A stretch of 64,000 nucleotides of DNA from Azolla caroliniana (Eukaryota; Plantae; Polypodiophyta). A program made the position numbers and the translations under genes. Below, one piece after another: positions 1 through 11,700 of this stretch. The DNA lies in assembly GCA_043228905.1 (NCBI GenBank), contig JBHGNT010000033.1, positions 124,001 to 188,000 of the forward strand, given 5' to 3'. Position 1 is the first letter of the stretch; each line of letters starts with the position of its first letter. The notes beneath the pieces are model-generated. The model had not been told where the DNA came from. It saw nothing but the letters and a program-made list of their open reading frames with translations, and did no database searches.

Positions 1-3000
1 AATTTGAGGAGGGATTTTAGAAGAGCCCGTGACTAAATTAAAAAGTTCATACCCGGCTCGTGTGATATCGGATTTTTGTGTTCAAACATGAGTACTGAAG
101 CTAACAACGCTAGCTATGATATAGAATTAAAAAATCGAGATTTTGAAACTCAGGTCGAGAGACATGAAGAAATTAGCAAATTTGAGGAGGGAGTTTAGAA
201 GAGTGCGTGAGTAAATTAAAATGTTCATACCTGGCTCGTGTGATATCGGATTTTTGTGTTCAAACATGCGTATCGAAGCAAACAACGCTAGCTATGATAT
301 AGAATTAAAAAATCAGGTCGAGAGACATGAAGAAATTAGCAAATTTGAGGAGGGATTTTAGAAGAGCCCGTGACTAAATTAAAATGTTCATACCCGGCTC
401 GTGTGATATCGGATTTTTGTGTTCAAACATGAGTACTGAAGCTAACAACGCTAGCTATGATATAGAATTAAAAAATCGAGATTTTGAAACTCAGGTCGAG
501 AGACATGAAGAAATTAGCAAATTTGAGGAGGGACTTTAGAAGAGCGCGTGAGTAAATTAAAATGTTCATACCTGGCTCGTGTGATATCGGATTTTTGTGT
601 TCAAACATGAGTACTGAAGCTAACAACGCTAGCTATGATATAGAATTAAAAAATCGAGATTTTGAAACTCAGGTCGAGAGACATGAAGAAATTAGCAAAT
701 TTGAGGAGGTACTTGAGAAGAGCCCGTGAGTCAATTATAATGTTCATACCTGGCTCATGTGATATCGGATTTTTGTGTTCAAACATGAGTATGGAAGCTC
801 ACAACGCTAGTTATGATATAGAATTAAAAAATCGAGATTTTGAAACACAGGTCGAGAGACATGAAGAAATTGGCAAATTTGAGGAGGGACTTTAGAAGAG
901 CCCGTGACTAAATTAAAATGTTGATACCTGGCTCGTGTGCTATCGGATTTTTGTGTTCAAACATGCGTATCCAAGCTAACAACGCTAGCTATGATATGGA
1001 ATTAAAAAATCGAGATTTTGAAACTCAGGTCGAGAGACATGAAGAAATTAGCAAATTTGAGGAGACATGAAGAAATTAGCAAATTTGAGGAGGTACTTGA
1101 GAAGAGCCCGTGAGTCAATTATAATGTTCATACCTGGCTCGTGTGCTATCGGATTTTTGTGTTCAAACATGCATATCGAAGCTAACAACGCTAGCTATGA
1201 TATAGAATTAAAAAATCGAGATTTTGAAACTCAGGTCGAGAGACATGAAGAAATTAGCAAATTTGAGGAGGTACTTGAGAAGAGCTCGTGAGTCAATTAT
1301 AATGTTCATACCTGGCTCGTGTGCTATCGGATTTTTGTGTTCAAACATGCGTATCGAAGCTCACAACGGTAGCTATGATATAGAATTAAAAAATCGAGAT
1401 TTTGAAACTCAGGTCGAGAGACATGAAGAAATTAGCAAATTTTAGGAGGTAATTGAGAAGAGCCCGTGAGTCAATTCTAATGTTCATACCTGGCTCGTGT
1501 GATATCGGATTTTTGTGTTCAAACATGCGTATCGAAGCAAACAACGCTAGCTATGATATAGAATTAAAAAATCATGATTTTGAAACTCAGGTCGAGAGAC
1601 ATGAAGAAATTAGCAAATTTGAGGAGGGACTTTAGATGAGCGCGTGAGTAAATTAAAATGTTCATACCTGGCTCGTGTGATATCGGATTTTTGTGTTCAA
1701 ATATGAGTATGGAAGCTAACAACGCTAGTTATGATATAGAATTAAAAAATCGAGATTTTGAAACACAGGTCGAGAGACATGAAGAAATTAGCAAATTTGA
1801 GGAGGGACTTTAGAAGAGCCCGTGACTAAATTAAAATGTTGATACCTGGCTCGTGTGCTATCGGATTTTTGTGTTCAAACATGCGTATCCAAGCTAACAA
1901 TGCTAGCCATGATATGGAATTAAAAAATCGAGATTTTGAAACTCAGGTCGAGAGACATGAAGAAATTAGCAAATTTGAGGAGGTAGTGGAGAAGAGCCCG
2001 TGAGTCAATTATAATGTTCATACCTGGCTCGTGTGATATCAGATTTTTGTGTTCAAACATGCGTATCGAAGCTAACAACGCTAGCTATGATATAGAATTA
2101 AAAAATCGAGATTTTGAAACTCAGGTCGAGAGACATGAAGGAATTAGCAAATTTGAGGAGGGACTTGAGAAGAGCTCGTGAGTCAATTATAATGTTCATA
2201 CCTGGCTCGTGTGCTATAGGATTTTTGTGTTCAAACATGCGTATCGAAGCTAACAACGCTAGCTATGATATGGAATTAAAATATAAAGATTTTGAAAAAT
2301 CAGGTCGACAGACATGAAGAAATTAGCATATTTGAGGAGGTAGTGGAGAAGAGCCCGTTAGGAAATAAAAATGTTCATACCTGGCTCGTGTGATATCGGA
2401 TTTTTGTGTTCAAACATGCGTATCGAAGCTAACAACGCTAGCTATGATAAGGAATTAAAATATAAAGAAATCAAGTCGAGAGACATGAAGAAATTAGCAA
2501 ATTTGAGGAGGTACTTGAGAAGAGCTCGTGAGTCAATTATAATGTACATACCGGGCTCGTGTGATATCGGATTTTTGTTTTCAAACATGCGTGTCGAAGC
2601 TCACAACGCTAGCTACCATATAGAATTAAAAAATCGAGATTTTGAAACTCAGGTCGAGAGACATGAAGAAATTAGCAAACTTGAGGAGGTACTTGAGAAG
2701 ATCTCATGAGTCAATTATAATGTTTATACCTGGCTCGTGTGATATCGGATTTTTGTGTTCAAACATGCGTATCGAAGCTAACAACGCTAGCTATGATATA
2801 GAATTAAAGAATTGAGATTTTGAAACTCAGGTCGAGAGACATGAAGAAATTAGCAAATTTGAGGAGGGATTTTAGAAGAGCCCGTGACTAAATTAAAATG
2901 TTCATACCTGGCTCGTGTGATATCGGATTTTTGTGTTCAAACATGCGTATCGAAGCTAACAACGCTAGCTATGATATTGAATTAAAAAATCAAGATTTTG

Positions 3001-6000
3001 AAACTCAGGTACAGAGACATGAAGAAATTAGCAAATTTGAGGATGGACTTTAGAAGAGCGCGTGAGTCAATTATAATGTTCATACCTGGCTCGTGTGCTA
3101 TCGGATTTTTGTGTTCAAACATGTGTATGGAAGCTCACAACGCTAGCTATGATATAGAATTAAAAAATCGAGATTTTGAAACTCAGGTCGAGAGACATGA
3201 AGAAATTAGCAAATTTGAGGAGGTACTTGAGAAGAGCCCGTGAGTCAATTATAATGTTCATACCTGGCTCGTGTGATATCGGATTTTTGTGTTCAAACAT
3301 GAGTATGGAAGCTCACAACGCTAGTTATGATATAGAATTAAAAAATCGAGATTTTGAAACTCAGGTCGAGAGACGTGAAGAAATTAGCACATTTTAGGAG
3401 GTAATTGAGAAGAGCTCGTGAGTCAATTATAATGTTTATACCTGGCTCGTGTGATATCGGATTTTTGTGTTCAAACATGCGTATCGAAGCTAACAACGCT
3501 AGCTATGATATAGAATTAAAAAATCAAGATTTTGAAACTCAGGTCGAGAGACATGAAGAAATTAGCAAATTTGAGTAGGGATTTTAGAAGAGCCCGTGAC
3601 TAAATTAAAAAGTTCATACCCGGCTCGTGTGATATCGGATTTTTGTGTTCAAACATGAGTACTGAAGCTAACAACGCTAGCTATGATATAGAATTAAAAA
3701 ATCGAGATTTTGAAACTCAGGTCGAGAGACATGAAGAAATTAGCAAATTTGAGGAGGGAGTTTAGAAGAGTGCGTGAGTAAATTAAAATGTTCATACCTG
3801 GCTCGTGTGATATCGGATTTTTGTGTTCAAACATGCGTATCGAAGCAAACAACGCTAGCTATGATATAGAATTAAAAAATCAGGTCGAGAGACATGAAGA
3901 AATTAGCAAATTTGAGGAGGGATTTTAGAAGAGCCCGTGACTAAATTAAAATGTTCATACCCGGCTCGTGTGATATCGGATTTTTGTGTTCAAACATGAG
4001 TACTGAAGCTAACAACGCTAGCTATGATATAGAATTAAAAAATCGAGATTTTGAAACTCAGGTCGAGAGACATGAAGAAATTAGCAAATTTGAGGAGGGA
4101 CTTTAGAAGAGCGCGTGAGTAAATTAAAATGTTCATACCTGGCTCGTGTGATATCGGATTTTTGTGTTCAAACATGAGTACTGAAGCTAACAACGCTAGC
4201 TATGATATAGAATTAAAAAATCGAGATTTTGAAACTCAGGTCGAGAGACATGAAGAAATTAGCAAATTTGAGGAGGTACTTGAGAAGAGCCCGTGAGTCA
4301 ATTATAATGTTCATACCTGGCTCATGTGATATCGGATTTTTGTGTTCAAACATGAGTATGGAAGCTCACAACGCTAGTTATGATATAGAATTAAAAAATC
4401 GAGATTTTGAAACACAGGTCGAGAGACATGAAGAAATTGGCAAATTTGAGGAGGGACTTTAGAAGAGCCCGTGACTAAATTAAAATGTTGATACCTGGCT
4501 CGTGTGCTATCGGATTTTTGTGTTCAAACATGCGTATCCAAGCTAACAACGCTAGCTATGATATGGAATTAAAAAATCGAGATTTTGAAACTCAGGTCGA
4601 GAGACATGAAGAAATTAGCAAATTTGAGGAGACATGAAGAAATTAGCAAATTTGAGGAGGTACTTGAGAAGAGCCCGTGAGTCAATTATAATGTTCATAC
4701 CTGGCTCGTGTGCTATCGGATTTTTGTGTTCAAACATGCATATCGAAGCTAACAACGCTAGCTATGATATAGAATTAAAAAATCGAGATTTTGAAACTCA
4801 GGTCGAGAGACATGAAGAAATTAGCAAATTTGAGGAGGTACTTGAGAAGAGCTCGTGAGTCAATTATAATGTTCATACCTGGCTCGTGTGCTATCGGATT
4901 TTTGTGTTCAAACATGCGTATCGAAGCTCACAACGGTAGCTATGATATAGAATTAAAAAATCGAGATTTTGAAACTCAGGTCGAGAGACATGAAGAAATT
5001 AGCAAATTTTAGGAGGTAATTGAGAAGAGCCCGTGAGTCAATTCTAATGTTCATACCTGGCTCGTGTGATATCGGATTTTTGTGTTCAAACATGCGTATC
5101 GAAGCAAACAACGCTAGCTATGATATAGAATTAAAAAATCATGATTTTGAAACTCAGGTCGAGAGACATGAAGAAATTAGCAAATTTGAGGAGGGACTTT
5201 AGATGAGCGCGTGAGTAAATTAAAATGTTCATACCTGGCTCGTGTGATATCGGATTTTTGTGTTCAAATATGAGTATGGAAGCTAACAACGCTAGTTATG
5301 ATATAGAATTAAAAAATCGAGATTTTGAAACACAGGTCGAGAGACATGAAGAAATTAGCAAATTTGAGGAGGGACTTTAGAAGAGCCCGTGACTAAATTA
5401 AAATGTTGATACCTGGCTCGTGTGCTATCGGATTTTTGTGTTCAAACATGCGTATCCAAGCTAACAATGCTAGCCATGATATGGAATTAAAAAATCGAGA
5501 TTTTGAAACTCAGGTCGAGAGACATGAAGAAATTAGCAAATTTGAGGAGGTAGTGGAGAAGAGCCCGTGAGTCAATTATAATGTTCATACCTGGCTCGTG
5601 TGATATCAGATTTTTGTGTTCAAACATGCGTATCGAAGCTAACAACGCTAGCTATGATATAGAATTAAAAAATCGAGATTTTGAAACTCAGGTCGAGAGA
5701 CATGAAGGAATTAGCAAATTTGAGGAGGGACTTGAGAAGAGCTCGTGAGTCAATTATAATGTTCATACCTGGCTCGTGTGCTATAGGATTTTTGTGTTCA
5801 AACATGCGTATCGAAGCTAACAACGCTAGCTATGATATGGAATTAAAATATAAAGATTTTGAAAAATCAGGTCGACAGACATGAAGAAATTAGCATATTT
5901 GAGGAGGTAGTGGAGAAGAGCCCGTTAGGAAATAAAAATGTTCATACCTGGCTCGTGTGATATCGGATTTTTGTGTTCAAACATGCGTATCGAAGCTAAC

Positions 6001-8700
6001 AACGCTAGCTATGATAAGGAATTAAAATATAAAGAAATCAGGTCGAGAGACATGAAGAAATTAGCAAATTTGAGGAGGTACTTGAGAAGAGCTCGTGAGT
6101 CAATTATAATGTACATACCGGGCTCGTGTGATATCGGATTTTTGTTTTCAAACATGCGTGTCGAAGCTCACAACGCTAGCTACCATATAGAATTAAAAAA
6201 TCGAGATTTTGAAACTCAGGTCGAGAGACATGAAGAAATTAGCAAACTTGAGGAGGTACTTGAGAAGATCTCATGAGTCAATTATAATGTTTATACCTGG
6301 CTCGTGTGATATCGGATTTTTGTGTTCAAACATGCGTATCGAAGCTAACAACGCTAGCTATGATATAGAATTAAAGAATTGAGATTTTGAAACTCAGGTC
6401 GAGAGACATGAAGAAATTAGCAAATTTGAGGAGGGATTTTAGAAGAGCCCGTGACTAAATTAAAATGTTCATACCTGGCTCGTGTGATATCGGATTTTTG
6501 TGTTCAAACATGCGTATCGAAGCTAACAACGCTAGCTATGATATTGAATTAAAAAATCAAGATTTCGAAACTCAGGTACAGAGACATGAAGAAATTAGCA
6601 AATTTGAGGATGGACTTTAGAAGAGCGCGTGAGTCAATTATAATGTTCATACCTGGCTCGTGTGCTATCGGATTTTTGTGTTCAAACATGTGTATGGAAG
6701 CTCACAACGCTAGCTATGATATAGAATTAAAAAATCGAGATTTTGAAACTCAGGTCGAGAGACATGAAGAAATTAGCAAATTTGAGGAGGTACTTGAGAA
6801 GAGCCCGTGAGTCAATTATAATGTTCATACCTGGCTCGTGTGATATCGGATTTTTGTGTTCAAACATGAGTATGGAAGCTCACAACGCTAGTTATGATAT
6901 AGAATTAAAAAATCGAGATTTTGAAACTCAGGTCGAGAGACGTGAAGAAATTAGCACATTTTAGGAGGTAATTGAGAAGAGCTCGTGAGTCAATTATAAT
7001 GTTTATACCTGGCTCGTGTGATATCGGATTTTTGTGTTCAAACATGCGTATCGAAGCTAACAACGCTAGCTATGATATAGAATTAAAAAATCAAGATTTT
7101 GAAACTCAGGTCGAGAGACATGAAGAAATTAGCAAATTTGAGTAGGGATTTTAGAAGAGCCCGTGACTAAATTAAAAAGTTCATACCCGGCTCGTGTGAT
7201 ATCGGATTTTTGTGTTCAAACATGAGTACTGAAGCTAACAACGCTAGCTATGATATAGAATTAAAAAATCGAGATTTTGAAACTCAGGTCGAGAGACATG
7301 AAGAAATTAGCAAATTTGAGGAGGGAGTTTAGAAGAGTGCGTGAGTAAATTAAAATGTTCATACCTGGCTCGTGTGATATCGGATTTTTGTGTTCAAACA
7401 TGCGTATCGAAGCAAACAACGCTAGCTATGATATAGAATTAAAAAATCAGGTCGAGAGACATGAAGAAATTAGCAAATTTGAGGAGGGATTTTAGAAGAG
7501 CCCGTGACTAAATTAAAATGTTCATACCCGGCTCGTGTGATATCGGATTTTTGTGTTCAAACATGAGTACTGAAGCTAACAACGCTAGCTATGATATAGA
7601 ATTAAAAAATCGAGATTTTGAAACTCAGGTCGAGAGACATGAAGAAATTAGCAAATTTGAGGAGGGACTTTAGAAGAGCGCGTGAGTAAATTAAAATGTT
7701 CATACCTGGCTCGTGTGATATCGGATTTTTGTGTTCAAACATGAGTACTGAAGCTAACAACGCTAGCTATGATATAGAATTAAAAAATCGAGATTTTGAA
7801 ACTCAGGTCGAGAGACATGAAGAAATTAGCAAATTTGAGGAGGTACTTGAGAAGAGCCCGTGAGTCAATTATAATGTTCATACCTGGCTCATGTGATATC
7901 GGATTTTTGTGTTCAAACATGAGAATGGAAGCTCACAACGCTAGTTATGATATAGAATTAAAAAATCGAGATTTTGAAACACAGGTCGAGAGACATGAAG
8001 AAATTGGCAAATTTGAGGAGGGACTTTAGAAGAGCCCGTGACTAAATTAAAATGTTGATACCTGGCTCGTGTGCTATCGGATTTTTGTGTTCAAACATGC
8101 GTATCCAAGCTAACAACGCTAGCTATGATATGGAATTAAAAAATCGAGATTTTGAAACTCAGGTCGAGAGACATGAAGAAATTAGCAAATTTGAGGAGAC
8201 ATGAAGAAATTAGCAAATTTGAGGAGGTACTTGAGAAGAGCCCGTGAGTCAATTATAATGTTCATACCTGGCTCGTGTGCTATCGGATTTTTGTGTTCAA
8301 ACATGCATATCGAAGCTAACAACGCTAGCTATGATATAGAATTAAAAAATCGAGATTTTGAAACTCAGGTCGAGAGACATGAAGAAATTAGCAAATTTGA
8401 GGAGGTACTTGAGAAGAGCTCGTGAGTCAATTATAATGTTCATACCTGGCTCGTGTGCTATTGGATTTTTGTGTTCAAACATGCGTATCGAAGCTCACAA
8501 CGGTAGCTATGATATAGAATTAAAAAATCGAGATTTTGAAACTCAGGTCGAGAGACATGAAGAAATTAGCAAATTTTAGGAGGTAATTGAGAAGAGCCCG
8601 TGAGTCAATTCTAATGTTCATACCTGGCTCGTGTGATATCGGATTTTTGTGTTCAAACATGCGTATCGAAGCAAACAACGCTAGCTATGATATAGAATTA
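1..8700. repeat. 20-monomer HOR, period 3567 bp, about 2.4 near-identical tandem copies
   Basis: Matching ORFs lie at 662/4229/7796, 1067/4634/8201 and 2114/5681 (offset 3567). Arithmetic: 20x178 +28 -15 -7 +1 = 3567. Confidence 0.95.
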
Positions 8701-11700
8701 AAAAATCAGGTCGAGAGACATGAAGAAATTAGCAAATTTGAGGAGGGATTTTAGAAGAGCCCGTGACTAAATTAAAAAGTTCATACCCGGCTCGTGTGAT
8801 ATCGGATTTTTGTGTTCAAACATGAGTACTGAAGCTAACAACGCTAGCTATGATATAGAATTAAAAAATCGAGATTTTGAAACTCAGGTCGAGAGACATG
8901 AAGAAATTAGCAAATTTGAGGAGGGAGTTTAGAAGAGCGCGTGAGTAAATTAAAATGTTCATACCTGGCTCGTGTGATATCGGATTTTTGTGTTCAAACA
9001 TGCGTATCGAAGCAAACAACGCTAGCTATGATATAGAATTAAAAAATCAGGTCGAGAGACATGAAGAAATTAGCAAATTTGAGGAGGGATTTTAGAAGAG
9101 CCCGTGACTAAATTAAAATGTTCATACCCGGCTCGTGTGATATCGGATTTTTGTGTTCAAACATGAGTACTGAAGCTAACAACGCTAGCTATGATATAGA
9201 ATTAAAAAATCGAGATTTCGAAACTCAGGTCGAGAGACATGAAGAAATTAGCAAATTTGAGGAGGGACTTTAGAAGAGCGCGTGAGTAAATTAAAATGTT
9301 CATACCTGGCTCGTGTGATATCGGATTTTTGTGTTCAAACATGAGTACTGAAGCTAACAACGCTAGCTATGATATGGAATTAAAAAATCGAGATTTTGAA
9401 ACTCAGGTCGAGAGACATGAAGAAATTAGCAAATTTGAGGAGACATGAAGAAATTAGCAAATATGAGGAGGTACTTGAGAAGAGCTCGTGAGTCAATTAT
9501 AATGTTCATACCTGGCTCGTGTGCTATCGGATTTTTGTGTTCAAACATGCATATCGAAGCTAACAACGCTAGCTATGATATAGATTTAAAAAATCGAGAT
9601 TTTGAAACTCAGGTCGAGAGACATGAAGAAATTAGCAAATTTGAGGAGGTACTTGAGAAGAGCTCGTGAGTCAATTATAATGTTCATACTTGCCTCGTGT
9701 GATATCGGATTTTTGTGTTCAAATATGCGTATCGAAGCTAACAACGCTAGCGATGATATAGAATTAAAAAATCAAGTTTTTGAAACTCAGGTCGAGAGAC
9801 ATGAAGAAATTAGCAAATTTGAGGAGGTATGAAGAAATTAGCAAATTTGAGGAGGTATCCAAGCTAACAACGCAAGCTATGATATGGAATTAAAAAATCG
9901 AGATTTTGAAACTCAGGTCGAGAGACATGAAGAAATTAGCAAATTTGAGGAGACATGAAGAAATTAGCAAATTTGAGGAGGTACTTGAGAAGAGCCCGTG
10001 AGTGAATTATAATGTTCATACCTGGCTCGTGTGATATCGGATTTTTGTGTTCAAACATGCGTATCGAACCTAACAACGCTAGCTATGATATAGAATTAAA
10101 AAATTGAGATTTTGAAACTCAGGTCGAGAGACTTGAAGAAATTAGCAAATTTGAGGAGGGATTTTAGAAGAGCCCGTGACTAAATTAAAATGTTCATACC
10201 TGGCTCGTGTGATATCGGATTTTTGTGTTCAAACATGCGTATCGAAGCTAACAACGCTAGCTATGATATTGAATTTAAAAATCAAGATTTTGAAACTCAG
10301 GTCGAGAGACATGAAGAAATTAACCAATTTGAGGAGGTACTTGAGAAGAGCCCGTGAGTCAATTATAATGTTCATACCTGGCTCGTGTGATATCGGATTT
10401 TTGTGTTCAAACATGCGTATGGAAGCTAACAACGCTAGCTATGATATAGAATTAAAAAATCGAGATTTTGAAACTCAGGTCGAGAGACATGAAGAAATTA
10501 GCAAATTTGAGGAGGGACTTGAGAAGAGCGCGTGAGTCAATTAAAATGTTCATACCTGGCTCGTGTGATATCGCATTTTCGTGTTCAAACATGCGTATCG
10601 AAGCTTAGAACGCTAGCTATGATATCGAATTAAAAAATCGAGATTTTGAAACACAGGTCGAGAGATATGAAGAAATTAGCAAATTTGAGGAGGGACTTGA
10701 GAAGAGCGCGTGAGTCAATTATAATGTTCATACCTGGCTCGTGTGATATCGGATTTTTGTGTTTAAACATGCGTATGGAAGCTAACAACGCTAGCTATGT
10801 TATGGAATTAAAAAATCAAGATTTCGAAATTTAGGTCCAGAGACATGAAGAAATTAGCAAATTTGAGGAGGGACTTAAGAAGAGCCCTTGAGTCAATTAA
10901 AATCGTCATACCTAGCTCGTGTGATATCGAATTTTTGTGTTCAGACATGCGTATCGAAGCTAACAACGCTAGCTATGATATTGAATTAAAAAATCAAGAT
11001 TTTGATACTCAGGTCTAGAGACATGAAAAAATTAACAAATTTGAGGAGGGACTGAAGAAGAGCCCGTGAGTCAATTAAAATGTTCATAGCTAAGAAGAGC
11101 CCGTATCGAGGCTAACAACGCTAGCTATGATATAGAATTTAAAAAACAAGTTTTTGGAACTCAGGTCGAGAGACATGAAGAAATTAGCAAATTTGAGGAG
11201 GTACTTGAGAAGAGCCCGTGAGTCAATTATAATGTTCATACCTGGCTCGTGTGATATCGGATTTTTGTGTTCAAACATGAGTATGGAAGCTAACAACGCT
11301 AGTTATGATATAGAATTAAAAAATCGAGATTTTGAAACACAGGTCGAGAGACATGAAGAAATTAGCAAATTTGAGGAGGGACTTTAGAAGAGCCCGTGAC
11401 TAAATTAAAATGTTGATACCTGGCTCGTGTGCTATCGGATTTTTGTGTTCAAACATGCGTATCCAAGCTAACAATGCTAGCCATGATATGGAATTAAAAA
11501 ATCGAGATTTTGAAACTCAGGTCGAGAGACATGAAGAAATTAGCAAATTTGAGGAGGTAGTGGAGAAGAGCCCGTGAGTCAATTATAATGTTCATACCTG
11601 GCTCGTGTGATATCAGATTTTTGTGTTCAAACATGCGTATCGAACCTAACAACGCTAGCTATGATATAGAATTAAAAAATCGAGATTTTGAAACTCAGGT

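Noticed and set aside
6-45. Shine-Dalgarno-like GAGGAGG, and TATAAT (-10-like) in many monomers
   Set aside because: Their spacing and order do not fit a promoter-RBS-ORF arrangement, and they are likely chance motifs multiplied by the repeat.
60-170. Possible ancestral internal sub-repeat (ATCGGATTTTTG vs ATCGAGATTTTG; ACATG twice)
   Set aside because: The spacings are inconsistent (about 68 vs 76 bp) and the matches are too short to support without a statistical self-alignment.
1-178. Identity with Arabidopsis CEN178, primate alpha satellite or a CENP-B box
   Set aside because: Only the length is similar. I see no sequence match to those consensuses as I recall them, and no NTTCGNNNNANNCGGGN box. 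A database search is still needed.
10229-11296. Minus-strand ORFs (also at 23312, 24173, 25950, 26811)
   Set aside because: They arise only where a variant removes a stop codon in the antisense repeat, and they recur because of the HOR duplications.
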